The position numbers were made by a program, and so were the translations under genes. DNA of 50,349 bases, taken from a virus (lineage: Duplodnaviria > Caudoviricetes). This document shows positions 34,178 to 43,388 of the stretch, in pieces. Under the pieces are notes generated by a model, which did not search any database, was not told the origin of the DNA, and was given only the letters and a program-made list of their open reading frames with translations. Every line of letters begins with the position of its first letter. Within the stretch, counting starts at the first letter, position 1. The stretch is taken from the IMG/VR virus record IMGVR_UViG_3300034161_000019, positions 1 to 50,349 of that record. One strand, written 5' to 3'.

Positions 34178-34308
34178 CGATCATCGCCATCAACTACGAA
34201 GCAATGAACCAAGCCCTACACCGTCAGGGCTTTTTTCTGGTCGCCGATCTGCCACGGCGCATCTCCATCCAGACCCGGCGCGGCATGCTGGTTGTGAGGT
34301 TGCCATGA
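34174..34308 (+). CDS. Small hypothetical protein (44 aa)
   Basis: AGGAG SD; ATGA overlaps at both ends. Confidence 0.5.
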   Translation: MTIIAINYEAMNQALHRQGFFLVADLPRRISIQTRRGMLVVRLP

Positions 34309-34781
34309 GCAGGATTCCAGAACAGATATTGCAATCTGGCTGCAGCGCTTATTGCGAAAAGTTTCTCAATGGCCTCGGCTCGCTCGGCGATAGAATCGAA
34401 GCGGCTTACTTCGCCATACACGACCACGACGACTGGGTTCATGCTGGCCCGAAGGCGTGGGATGGTGAAGGCCTGCCGCCAGCGGGCACAGTGTGCGAAG
34501 TAAAGGGCTGCATGAGCCATTACCTTAAATGGAACAAGGTGACCGTATTTGCGGTGCGCGGCAAAACGGTACTTTTCGACATGGAAGATGGAAGGTGGGG
34601 ACAGACTGAGTCACATGAGTTCCGCAAAATCCGCACACCGGAGCAGATCGCGGCGGAAGAGCGCGAGGCAGCGTTAACTGACATCGCATTACTCATGGGG
34701 AAAGACCCTGAACGTCCGCGAATACGGGAAATGGCAGCAATCCTCTACGACGCCGGATACCGCAAGCAGGTGGCGCCATGA
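34305..34781 (+). CDS. Hypothetical protein, WxGEGLPP family (copy 1)
   Basis: WDGEGLPPAGTVCEV...FRKIRTPEQIAAEERE...LYDAGYRKQ. Confidence 0.7.
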   Translation: MSRIPEQILQSGCSAYCEKFLNGLGSLGDRIEAAYFAIHDHDDWVHAGPKAWDGEGLPPAGTVCEVKGCMSHYLKWNKVTVFAVRGKTVLFDMEDGRWGQTESHEFRKIRTPEQIAAEEREAALTDIALLMGKDPERPRIREMAAILYDAGYRKQVAP

Positions 34782-35024
34782 AAATCCTCGCCTCCCGCAT
34801 TTACACCTTCCAAGAGCTGCTCAATCGGATAGACCTCGAATACTGGCGCGTCCATGAGCACGACGAAATGAACTACACGTTCGTCCCGCTTCAATACTGG
34901 GGGAAATGAGCATGAAACCATTCTGGTGGCTTTGCGTCGTCATCACGGTGTTCTGGCGGGGCATCTACGCCGAGATGCGCGAGATTCAGGCCGAGCAGCA
35001 CAACCTTACTGTGGCGGTGGCGAG

Positions 35025-35210
35025 ATGAACATATCGATCGTACAAATCACTCTGGAGGTCGACGGGCAGCTCTGCTACGCCAAGATCCCTGAAGGTTTTG
35101 AGCCGATGATCCTGAACTTCCTGCAAGGCGAGGACGGCAAGATTAAGGCGATCAAGTTACCGCCATCGTGGAAGAAGATCAGCTTGGCTGAAGCGGTAGC
35201 CGGTGACTAG
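35025..35210 (+). CDS. Hypothetical protein (61 aa)
   Basis: MNISIVQITLEVDGQLC; coupled to an upstream mini-ORF. Confidence 0.5.
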   Translation: MNISIVQITLEVDGQLCYAKIPEGFEPMILNFLQGEDGKIKAIKLPPSWKKISLAEAVAGD

Positions 35211-35328
35211 CTACCAGCGCGCCAAACGCATTTACATCCTGCGTGGCTCAGCCATCGTCCTCCTTGGCACCACCTTCGTGATGCTGGCCAGCGCCTACGT
35301 CGGTCAGCTCACCCAATAAGGAAATCCC

Positions 35329-35838
35329 ATGCCATTCGATCCTCGGGCGAACGCCCCCGAGCGTATTGCTGCGCCCGCACCGCTGCCTCACATCAGCCGC
35401 CGCGCACTCAAACGCGTGAAGAACCCAATCCCGGCGCCGACCGATTGCCGCTACTGCGGTGATGACGTCCACCTGGTCTGCAACTCGGAAATCTACAACG
35501 GCCGCAGCTACGGTGATTGGCCATTCGCCTATCTCTGCCAAGGCTGTCGGGCTTATGTAGGTCTTCACCCAGACACAGACATCCCGCTCGGCACGCTGGC
35601 CGACGACAAGTTGCGAGCGGTACGCAACCGCAGCAAGGGTGCTTTCCACGACCACATGAAGAAGTCCGGCATGAGCCGAACGCTCGCCTATCAGTGGCTG
35701 GCCGGCCAGATGAACATCGATGTCGGCAAATGCCACTTCGGCTGGTTTGACCATGAAGAATGTGTCGCAGCCGAGATGGCCGTCAAGCGCGCCATCCCAC
35801 AAACAGCAATGGCCCAAGCATTCGCCAAAGCCCAATAA
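35329..35838 (+). CDS. Zinc-finger protein (DUF3268-like)
   Basis: CRYCG, YLCQGCRAYVGLHP..DIPLGTLAD, CHFGWF. Confidence 0.75.
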   Translation: MPFDPRANAPERIAAPAPLPHISRRALKRVKNPIPAPTDCRYCGDDVHLVCNSEIYNGRSYGDWPFAYLCQGCRAYVGLHPDTDIPLGTLADDKLRAVRNRSKGAFHDHMKKSGMSRTLAYQWLAGQMNIDVGKCHFGWFDHEECVAAEMAVKRAIPQTAMAQAFAKAQ

Positions 35839-35878
35839 CTCGAACTCATACGCCGCCTGCATGGCGGGGAGAACCGTC

Positions 35879-36607
35879 ATGTCCGATAAAAACATGCAGA
35901 TCTGGGAGAAGGTTGACAAGACCGACACCCGCTACACCAAAGACGCCAAGGTCGGCGGGCAGCAGATCACCAGCCTGAACGGCACGGCGATGATCATGAA
36001 GGCCACTGAGGTGTTCGGGCCGGCTGGCATCGGCTTTGGTTGGACTGTACTCGAGGAGCGATTCGACAAGGGCGCAGAGATCTTCGTCGGCGAGGGCGAC
36101 AAGCGCGCCAGCCTCGGCTTCGAGCTGAACCACACCGTCAAGATCCTGTTCTGGATAAAGCAGGATGGCGAGCGCGGCGAGTTCGAGCAGTACGGTTGCA
36201 CGCCCTACCTCTACAAGTCGAAGTACGGCACAACGACCGATGGCGAGGCGCCGAAGAAGTCCCTTACCGACGCCATAAAGAAATCCCTGTCGATGCTCGG
36301 CTTCAGCGCCGACGTGTTCCTTGGGTTGTTCGACGACAAGGATTATGTGAGCGCGCTGGCAGATGAGCAGGCCATCGAACTGGCCGAAGATAAGGTCGCC
36401 GAGGAAGAACGCCAGAAGCAAGAGCGTCTGGACTATATCGCCTCTGTTATTGAGTCCCTGAAGACTGCCAAAACGCCGAAAGAGCTCAAGGCATCCCATG
36501 ATGTGGCTGTTCGCCGGTTAACGCTGCGTGGCGACTCCAAGGCCGTCACCCGCATCGTTCGCGAGTACGACGAGCAGAAGGCCAAATTCGAGGAGCAGGC
36601 AGCATGA
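35879..36607 (+). CDS. Putative ssDNA-annealing recombinase (Rad52/Sak-like)
   Basis: ATEVFGPAGIGFGW and KKSLTDAIKKSLSMLGFSADVF motifs; adjacent to gp157. Confidence 0.6.
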   Translation: MSDKNMQIWEKVDKTDTRYTKDAKVGGQQITSLNGTAMIMKATEVFGPAGIGFGWTVLEERFDKGAEIFVGEGDKRASLGFELNHTVKILFWIKQDGERGEFEQYGCTPYLYKSKYGTTTDGEAPKKSLTDAIKKSLSMLGFSADVFLGLFDDKDYVSALADEQAIELAEDKVAEEERQKQERLDYIASVIESLKTAKTPKELKASHDVAVRRLTLRGDSKAVTRIVREYDEQKAKFEEQAA

Positions 36608-37101
36608 CAGCCCTCTACACGATCACCGAGCAATTCAAAGAGCTTGCAGAGCTCGCAGAGAACGCTGACGAGGATCTGGCCATAGCCCTGCGCGACACCA
36701 TGGAAGGCATCGAGGGTGAGTTCCAGGAGAAGGGCAAGGCCATTGCCATGGTAACGCTGAACATCGACGGCGACCTTGAGGCCATCCAGTCGCAGATCGA
36801 CCGGCTGACCGAGCGCAAGAGGATCATCACCAACCGTAAGGAAAGCCTGAAGGAGTACCTGCGCACGAACATGGAAGCGTCAGGCATCACCAAGATCTCC
36901 CACCCGCTGTTCACAATCACCTGCGGCAAGGGCAAACCGATCGTTGTAATCGACGACGAGAAAGCCATCCCGGACGACTTCGTCAGCGTCAAGGTGAGCA
37001 GCGCGCCGGACAAGGCCGCCATCGCCAAGGCGATCAAGGATGGGGTCGAAGTGCCGGGCGCTCACACCGAAATCGGAAAAAGTTCAATCAGCATCAAGTG
37101 A
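36604..37101 (+). CDS. Siphovirus Gp157 family protein
   Basis: MTALY..., coiled coil, LKEYL, IPDDF...PDKAAIAKAIKDGVEVPGA. Confidence 0.85.
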   Translation: MTALYTITEQFKELAELAENADEDLAIALRDTMEGIEGEFQEKGKAIAMVTLNIDGDLEAIQSQIDRLTERKRIITNRKESLKEYLRTNMEASGITKISHPLFTITCGKGKPIVVIDDEKAIPDDFVSVKVSSAPDKAAIAKAIKDGVEVPGAHTEIGKSSISIK

Positions 37102-37108
37102 GGCCGCT

Positions 37109-37753
37109 ATGAACGCCTACATCAGCACAGATCTGAACATGGTCAAGGCGCTTGATCCTGAGCGCCATCGTATTGAATTGGCCCGCGAAGAGTTCTTGAG
37201 CAAAGGAGGGGCTATTGAGGTGTTGCAGGGACCGAGCTTCATACCCCCCCCTATGCGCCACGATCCGCCGCCGAGGGTTTTGGTGGTCAAGGACACAACT
37301 CCAAAGCTGCCCACCGCCGCAGCGACACGACAGAAGACCAGAAGGCAGCGCGAGCGGGAAGAGCGAGCAATCGAAAAGTTAGCCGAGCGCCAACAGCAGA
37401 CGGACCGGGCAAGAAAACTCGCTGAAACCATGACCTACACCCAGGCCCACGAAGCCACCGGACTGTCCCGCAAGCTGCTGGCCACGCTCGCTAAAGAAGG
37501 CAGCTTCAACTTCCAGCCCGCCGCGCATCTCAGCCTGAAGAACCTTCGCCCGACAATGGCAGATGAGGCTCAGGACGAAATAGACGCCTTGCGGATCAAG
37601 GAGCTCGCAGTAACTGGCCTGTCCCGAACCCAAGCCATGAACCAGATCGGTATGCGATTCGAAAAATTCAACCGGTTACTGGTCAAGTTCAATATCGAAT
37701 ACCCGAAACGCCGCAAAGGCCCTCATCCGGCCTTCTTCGCCAAGCAGCAGTAA
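37109..37753 (+). CDS. Hypothetical protein with HTH-like segments
   Basis: EEFLSKGGAIEVL; TYTQAHEATGLSRK; GLSRTQAMNQIG. Confidence 0.65.
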   Translation: MNAYISTDLNMVKALDPERHRIELAREEFLSKGGAIEVLQGPSFIPPPMRHDPPPRVLVVKDTTPKLPTAAATRQKTRRQREREERAIEKLAERQQQTDRARKLAETMTYTQAHEATGLSRKLLATLAKEGSFNFQPAAHLSLKNLRPTMADEAQDEIDALRIKELAVTGLSRTQAMNQIGMRFEKFNRLLVKFNIEYPKRRKGPHPAFFAKQQ

Positions 37754-37794
37754 CCCCTCTCAACTTTCAACCTCACCCATCCCCGGGAGGCCCT

Positions 37795-37956
37795 ATGTCA
37801 TCCAAAGGAAAGCTCGCCGCTGGCTACATGGAGCTCCACTTTTTCTGCTCCTACTGCCATCGGCCGCGCAGCACCGGCAATCACGAAAAGTGTTCAAAGG
37901 CCCGCCAACTGGAACACGCGCGGAGGAATGACCATGACCGCCAAACTATCGCCTGA
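37795..37956 (+). CDS. Small zinc-finger protein (53 aa)
   Basis: GGAGG SD; CSYC...HEKC. Confidence 0.5.
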   Translation: MSSKGKLAAGYMELHFFCSYCHRPRSTGNHEKCSKARQLEHARRNDHDRQTIA

Positions 37957-38236
37957 CGCAATCGGGCTGATTTTCACGATGAATGCAGCTGGGCATTGCG
38001 CGGATGAAATTGCGGATGCGGCTGGGTGCTCGTACTCGACCGTCGTGCGGTATCTGAACGAGGCCGGGGTTTTGCTGGGGAACAAGGGTCGTCCGAAGCA
38101 GCTCACGGCCGACTACATGGCTCTGGCGCTGGACATGCGCTCAAAGGGTCAGCGCTGGGTGGACGTCGAGTATGCGACCGGCTTCCACCGCTCGACATTC
38201 CACAGCCAGCTCCGGGCTATGCGTGTGCAGCCTTGA
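37928..38236 (+). CDS. Double-HTH DNA-binding protein
   Basis: ADEIADAAGCSYSTVVRYL and a second HTH-like segment. Confidence 0.65.
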   Translation: MTMTAKLSPDAIGLIFTMNAAGHCADEIADAAGCSYSTVVRYLNEAGVLLGNKGRPKQLTADYMALALDMRSKGQRWVDVEYATGFHRSTFHSQLRAMRVQP

Positions 38237-38300
38237 TCCCCGAACACCCCGCCGCCCCATTGCGGCTGGCATCGATCACCGACTTGATGAGGTATTGGAA

Positions 38301-38711
38301 ATGAGTGATGTGAAATTGCTTGGCGTGTATAGCGCAGACGTTGACGCGCTTCAATCCAAGATGGCTACGCTGTGGGAAGAGCTGGAACTATCAGAGCGTA
38401 ATCGAATTGCCGCCGAGCGACGCTACGAAGAACAGGTTGAGGCGCGCAATGCGATTGCCGCTGAATACGGCAAGCTCACCTACTGCGCAGGAATTTGCAA
38501 GGACAGCCTGGCAGCCGCCGAGCAGCGGAATGCGAACCAGTGTGAAACCATCAAGGCCTATAAGGACGTAAATGCAGAGCTTGAAAGGGGCCTTCGCATA
38601 TTTGCGGTAATGGCTGCAAAGAGCACGATTTCAGCGGTTCGCCTGATCGCCAAGCAGACACTGAATCGCGCACACGCCCTTAAACCCACCGAATCGGGAG
38701 CAAGCGAATGA
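38301..38711 (+). CDS. Coiled-coil hypothetical protein
   Basis: GAGG SD; LAAAEQRNA; ends KPTESGASE. Confidence 0.6.
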   Translation: MSDVKLLGVYSADVDALQSKMATLWEELELSERNRIAAERRYEEQVEARNAIAAEYGKLTYCAGICKDSLAAAEQRNANQCETIKAYKDVNAELERGLRIFAVMAAKSTISAVRLIAKQTLNRAHALKPTESGASE

Positions 38712-39358
38712 TTCTTTCCAGCGAAATGCGTGAAGCCGGCCAGAAGGCCGTGGACCGCGCGCGAGCGATCTACATCCTTTGTGCCGCATTCTTTGAGGCG
38801 GCGCTCGCCAGCCATAGCGCTGAACCGCTCGGGGTTGAGCCTGTCGTCGAGCGGCAGCCACTTTGCTATCAAGCCCGCCATAGCGCAACAGAGCCGTGGT
38901 TCTTCACTGACAAACCGGGTTACTGGGAATGGCGTCCTGTGTACACCGCACCGCCCGAACTCGCCGAACTGCAAGCCACCATTACTCGGCTTGAAAGCGA
39001 GGCCATCTATGCGGCTGCCGGCTTCAAGGCCGCACAGGACGAGATTGAGCGGCTGAAGGGTGGGCAGGGGCAGGCCGTGGCGTGGCAGTTCTATCAGGAC
39101 GGGAAATGGTGGAATGGTGATGACCGGATCAAAGATCACCGCCTAAATACCGAGAGAGCTGGTTACAAAGTCCGAGACGTTTTCGCCTACCAGCCCGCGC
39201 CGGTAGCGGTGATGCTGCCTGAGTTCGAGACCGCCTTCGAAGCATAGTGGGAATCTGACGGTCAGTACTGCCGATCCGGTGGCGGCAGTTACGAGAAGAC
39301 ATTCGCCTATCGTGCATATGAGGCCTGCCTCGACAAGGTCAAGGAGCTGAATCAATGA
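38708..39358 (+). pseudogene. Hypothetical mosaic protein with internal amber stop (39245-39247)
   Basis: Frame stays open after TAG for 36 codons to ...ACLDKVKELNQ TGA, which is ATGA-coupled to the next mini-ORF. Confidence 0.6.
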
Positions 39359-39469
39359 TCGCCCTCGCCTGGTTCTACATCGTCTACGTCCGCTGAACTT
39401 TATCCCTCCCGTTGTAAACCCCTAATTCAATCTCAACAGCCTGCGCGTGACTGCGGGCGAGGAATTTCT

Positions 39470-40060
39470 ATGCCTACCGGATATACAGACGCCATCAAAG
39501 ACGGAATCAACTTTCAGACATTCGCAATGAACTGCGCCCGAGCATTCGGCGCGACCATCACGCTTCGCGACGAATCGGTCGGCGGCGAAGCGATCCCTGA
39601 GCAGTTCGAGCCAGACAGCTACCATCTGCGAGCGTTGACCGCTGCACGCGAGACGCTTTCCACTCTGGAATCCATGACCACGGCAGAGTGCGACCTGAAG
39701 GCGGCTGCCGAGCACACGACCCATGAAGTCCAGCGGCTGTTGCGGATCAAGGAGAAGGATGCCCTTCGGCAGCAGTATCAGGAAATGCTGGTCTGCGCAG
39801 AACAGTGGGTTCCGCCAAGCGAAGAGCATGCCGGCCTCAAAGAATTCATGGTCAAGCAGATTCAGGACAGCATCAACTGGGACTGCGATGTGAGCTTCTA
39901 CGCTACACCCACGCCGAACCTGACCGGCCTTGAGTGGGCTGAGGCGGCCAAAGAGAAGGCCATAAAAGACATTAGCTACCACAAGAAAAAGCACGCCGAA
40001 GAAATCGATCGCACCGCACAACGCAATGCCTGGATCGGCGCCCTCCGCAACAGCCTGTAA
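39470..40060 (+). CDS. Conserved hypothetical phage protein
   Basis: MPTGYT..I.DG..FQTFAMNCARAFG...W.PP..EH.GLKEFM motif. Confidence 0.75.
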   Translation: MPTGYTDAIKDGINFQTFAMNCARAFGATITLRDESVGGEAIPEQFEPDSYHLRALTAARETLSTLESMTTAECDLKAAAEHTTHEVQRLLRIKEKDALRQQYQEMLVCAEQWVPPSEEHAGLKEFMVKQIQDSINWDCDVSFYATPTPNLTGLEWAEAAKEKAIKDISYHKKKHAEEIDRTAQRNAWIGALRNSL

Positions 40061-40110
40061 CCCCCCCTCCTACTCCACTGCTTGCCGCCCCGCGCGGCCG
40101 GAGCATCCCA

Positions 40111-40314
40111 ATGTCTCGCATTGAAGAACGTGAAGGCCGCAACTACGCAGCCGAAATGCTTGCATCTGTCGTTTACCTGCCGCGCTGCATGTTCGATGAG
40201 TGTGGGCCCGTGGAGACGATGGTGTGCAATCTGGAAGAGGCGGCAAAAGTCCATCCGGCGGATTACGCCAAGGGCATGATGAAAGTGATCAGCGAGGTGC
40301 GCCATGCAGTATGA
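40111..40314 (+). CDS. Hypothetical protein
   Basis: GGAG SD; 67 aa. Confidence 0.6.
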   Translation: MSRIEEREGRNYAAEMLASVVYLPRCMFDECGPVETMVCNLEEAAKVHPADYAKGMMKVISEVRHAV

Positions 40315-40513
40315 CTTGCACGCCAGAAACGAAGACGGCGGCCCGGGCAAGCTGCTAGACACCATCGACCGCGTACCGGACATCCGCAAGACCGACTCCT
40401 TCGTCGAGTTCGACGGCGAGATGCACAAGGTCCTGACGGGCATTCGCAATTTCATCATCGTCACCCAAGAGCGCTGGGCTCGGGTGTCGGCTGCGAATTG
40501 GAGGAAGGCATGA
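40304..40513 (+). CDS. Hypothetical protein
   Basis: GAGG SD; 69 aa, overlapping both neighbours. Confidence 0.6.
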   Translation: MQYDLHARNEDGGPGKLLDTIDRVPDIRKTDSFVEFDGEMHKVLTGIRNFIIVTQERWARVSAANWRKA

Positions 40514-41025
40514 ATATCGATTGGAGTAAGGCGCCGGAAGGTTTCCCGGTGTGGGTCGAGAGCCGTTATAAAAACGATCCTTCTGACTGGCATCGCCAAG
40601 AAGAGAACTGCTTTATCGATCGCAAGGGTGGTCGATGGGATCAATGGCAGATTGACCAAGGAGAGGCTACCGCTCACTTCAAGCCGGATATCTGGACCGG
40701 CGAAGGCCTGCCGCCAGTTGGGACTGTGTGCGAGGTCGTCCCACATAATACCCAGTGGGGCTTCAGCTCAACGAGTGGCCATGAGCGAGAAATTCTGGCT
40801 TACCACGCCGACTTTGTTTGGCTGGGTATCGGCGGCATTGCGTTGGAGACGACCAGAATCGACAAAGTGGACTTCCGCCCAATCCGCACGCCCGAGCAGA
40901 TCGCGGAGGAAGAGCGCGAAACAGCAATCAATAACATGGCTGAAATCCTGACGCATAACGGGACGTTCTTCCAAGATGCTGCGCGCCTTTACGACGCAGG
41001 CTACCGATTGCAGGTGAAGCCATGA
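40510..41025 (+). CDS. Hypothetical protein, WxGEGLPP family (copy 2)
   Basis: MNIDWSKAPEG...WTGEGLPPVGTVCEV...FRPIRTPEQIAEEERE...LYDAGYR. Confidence 0.7.
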   Translation: MNIDWSKAPEGFPVWVESRYKNDPSDWHRQEENCFIDRKGGRWDQWQIDQGEATAHFKPDIWTGEGLPPVGTVCEVVPHNTQWGFSSTSGHEREILAYHADFVWLGIGGIALETTRIDKVDFRPIRTPEQIAEEERETAINNMAEILTHNGTFFQDAARLYDAGYRLQVKP

Positions 41026-41312
41026 GCGATCAGCCACGCAGCACAAAAGAGGTACTACAGAGCCTGACTGAAAAGGACTACCGCCTGGTTGCGCTACAGG
41101 CCACAGTCGCCCAGCAGGCGCAGATGATCGAATCCATCAAGGCCGAGAACGGGGCTCTGCTGACTGCATTGAAGGGAATGACCTCGATGTACGGCTATTG
41201 CTGGGATTTGGTCGATGGCGGCCTGTTGTGCATGCATAGCAACGTACAGCGATTCGAAGATGCTCACGAAGCAGCCCAGAAGGTTATCGCGACCATGAGC
41301 AAGGAGGGTTGA
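41022..41312 (+). CDS. Hypothetical protein
   Basis: 96 aa, ATGA-coupled. Confidence 0.6.
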   Translation: MSDQPRSTKEVLQSLTEKDYRLVALQATVAQQAQMIESIKAENGALLTALKGMTSMYGYCWDLVDGGLLCMHSNVQRFEDAHEAAQKVIATMSKEG

Positions 41313-41313
41313 A

Positions 41314-41592
41314 ATGGTCAAATACAAGACGATCAGCCAGTTCGCCATTGAAAGTGGCTACACTGAGGCCGCGATTCGAGCGAAGATCGCGGACGGCACA
41401 TGGCCTAAGGGGCTGGTGTGGAGGCATGCGCCGGACAATAAACCTCTAATAAGTGTGGATGGGTATGCGGAATGGGTGGAAAGCGCATCGGCGTTCGAGC
41501 GGCGTCCAAGAGCAGCATTGAGATCTCGTTCATGTTCGAGGGCGTCCAATGCCGCGAGAGACTCCCGCTTGAGCCCAGCCCCGCTAATCTGA
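41314..41592 (+). CDS. xis: Excisionase
   Basis: YKTISQFAIESGYTEAAIRAKIADGTWPKGLVWRHAPD..LISVDGYAEW; precedes and overlaps int. Confidence 0.75.
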   Translation: MVKYKTISQFAIESGYTEAAIRAKIADGTWPKGLVWRHAPDNKPLISVDGYAEWVESASAFERRPRAALRSRSCSRASNAARDSRLSPAPLI

Positions 41593-42644
41593 AGCGTGCC
41601 GAGCAGCACAAGGCCAAAATCGAACTGGCGATCTACGAAGGCACGTTCGACTATCTGGCCACCTTCCCCAAGTCCAAGCGAGCCAATCGACTTGGATACC
41701 AGACCGGGCAAGTCCCGCTATCGAAATATCTCGCAAGCTGGCGGGAGAAGAAAGAGAAGGTCCTGAAGGCCAGCACCATCGACGGCTATCGAAAGATCAT
41801 CGATGGGGTTCTGGTGCCGAAGCTGGGCGATCACCCCCTGGTGCTGCTCAGTCGCAAGATGATCAAGGAGGCAATGGCGAGCATGGACGCCTCGAACAAG
41901 CGCCTGTCCAACGTGCAGAGCTGCCTAAGGTCTGCTCTTGACGATGCAGTGCACGACGAACTGATCGAGATCAACCCGATGGCGGGCTGGACGTACTCGG
42001 TCAGGGAGAAGCCGAAGACCGAAGACGAGATCGATCCGTTCTCGCCGGAGGAACAGCGGCTGATTCTGGCCGGCACCGATGGTCAGTATCGGAACCTGTT
42101 GCAGTTCGCCATGTGGACTGGGCTGCGGACCAGCGAACTCATCGCGGTAGAATGGGGGGATGTGGATTGGTTGCGGGGGGAGATTCGAATATCGCGGGGG
42201 CTGACCAGAGCGGCCAAGGAAGCGGAATTGCCGAAGACGGCGGCGGGGATTCGTAGCGTGAAGCTTTTGCCAATGGCGCTGGAGGCGTTGACGGCTCAGA
42301 AGGTGCACACCTATATAGAAGGTGGCGTGATTTTCCATGACCCCCGATACGCCAAGCCGTTCGACGGCGATCAGGCTATTCGCAAAAGCTTCTGGATACC
42401 GACGCTCAGGAAGGCGAAGGTTCGGTATCGGAATCCGTACCAGACCCGGCACACGTATGCATCGATGATGCTGTCAGCCGGCGAGCACCCAATGTGGGTA
42501 GCAAAACAGATGGGGCACAAGGATTGGACCATGATCGCCAGGGTCTATGGCCGATGGATCCCAACAGAGAACGACACGTCCGGCGACAAAGCTGTAGAGA
42601 AGTTCGGGACGCCGGTTCAACTCCCTAAGGAGGAGTCAGCATGA
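41472..42644 (+). CDS. int: Tyrosine integrase with arm-binding domain
   Basis: TGLRTSEL (R), PKT (K), YQTRHTYAS, MGH, VYG; N-terminal arm-binding domain. Confidence 0.95.
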   Translation: MGGKRIGVRAASKSSIEISFMFEGVQCRERLPLEPSPANLKRAEQHKAKIELAIYEGTFDYLATFPKSKRANRLGYQTGQVPLSKYLASWREKKEKVLKASTIDGYRKIIDGVLVPKLGDHPLVLLSRKMIKEAMASMDASNKRLSNVQSCLRSALDDAVHDELIEINPMAGWTYSVREKPKTEDEIDPFSPEEQRLILAGTDGQYRNLLQFAMWTGLRTSELIAVEWGDVDWLRGEIRISRGLTRAAKEAELPKTAAGIRSVKLLPMALEALTAQKVHTYIEGGVIFHDPRYAKPFDGDQAIRKSFWIPTLRKAKVRYRNPYQTRHTYASMMLSAGEHPMWVAKQMGHKDWTMIARVYGRWIPTENDTSGDKAVEKFGTPVQLPKEESA

Positions 42645-43087
42645 TCAAGGCAAAGGTTTCAGAGCTGTCAGAGGCTGCGCTGGACTGGGCTGTTGCGAGA
42701 GCAGAGGGTTGGGAGCCGCTTGAGCGACTGAGCAAGCTCGGACCTCTCAAGCTTCACAAGGATGTGGTGAGTACGGATTTCAGGATAGAAAACAGAATTT
42801 TCGTCGGCCCCGTGCTGAATTACCAAGATGGCTCGAAGCGGTTTGCGCCATCTACTGAATGGGGTCAGGGTGGTCCGCTGATGGAAAAACACGGAATCGA
42901 GGTAGTGAGGGATGATCGATTTTCAGACTCCCCCGGCGGATGGACTTCGGTGTCTGAGTGGTCAGGAGGCGAAATAATAGAGTGGGGAGTCAACGGCCCA
43001 ACATTCCTGATTGCTGTCTGTCGAGCAATAGTTTCAGCAAAGATAGGTGGTGAAGTCGAGGTGCCAGACGAACTGCTAAAACAGTAG
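42641..43087 (+). CDS. NinX/DUF2591-like protein
   Basis: KVSELSEAALDWAVARAEG, PSTEWGQGGPLME, GPTFLIAVCRAIV. Confidence 0.75.
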   Translation: MIKAKVSELSEAALDWAVARAEGWEPLERLSKLGPLKLHKDVVSTDFRIENRIFVGPVLNYQDGSKRFAPSTEWGQGGPLMEKHGIEVVRDDRFSDSPGGWTSVSEWSGGEIIEWGVNGPTFLIAVCRAIVSAKIGGEVEVPDELLKQ

Positions 43088-43294
43088 TTTCAGCAGCATT
43101 TCAGCAGCATTTGTAGTTTAGCCCAGCAAATACGCACAGAGAACGGGGGTTCAAATCCCCCCGGCTCCACCAAATGAGACACCTTCGAAGCCCGCCCAGT
43201 GCGGGTTTCGCTGCATCTGGACCGTGGAATGTTGCTGAAAGTCGCTGCGGACGGATGCCCATTGACTTAACTTTCAGCAGCTTTTCAGCAACAT
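43088..43294 (+). mobile_element. attP: tmRNA 3'-end core with arm-type repeats
   Basis: ACGGGGGTTCAAATCCCCCCGGCTCCACCA at 43143-43172 (tmRNA T-arm and acceptor); TTTCAGCARC repeats at 43088, 43099, 43272, 43283 and inverted at 43230-43240. Confidence 0.9.
43187..43209 (+). terminator. Hairpin after the tmRNA fragment (replacement terminator)
   Basis: GAAGCCCGC-CCAGT-GCGGGTTTC. Confidence 0.55.
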
Positions 43295-43334
43295 CCATCT
43301 CCGGCGTTCTGCCGAGCCAAAATCCTCACTTGCA

Positions 43335-43363
43335 TCGACATACCCTCGTCCAAGTAGTAAATT
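43335..43363 (+). promoter_or_regulatory. Putative sigma70 promoter for the acyltransferase
   Basis: TCGACA-17 bp-TAAATT ending about 25 nt upstream of the ATG. Confidence 0.5.
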
Positions 43364-43388
43364 CCCGCCACCTAAAAGGGACTTATGC

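Noticed and set aside
38708-39358. Genome-wide amber recoding
   Set aside because: cI and several other genes end at TAG at natural boundaries, and no suppressor tRNA is present.
43143-43172. Complete tRNA or tmRNA gene
   Set aside because: Only the T-arm and 3' acceptor strand are present; it is an att core.
43088-43294. CRISPR array or microsatellite from TTTCAGCAGCA repeats
   Set aside because: 11-bp units in pairs, one inverted, flanking the att core fit integrase arm sites; there are no spacers.
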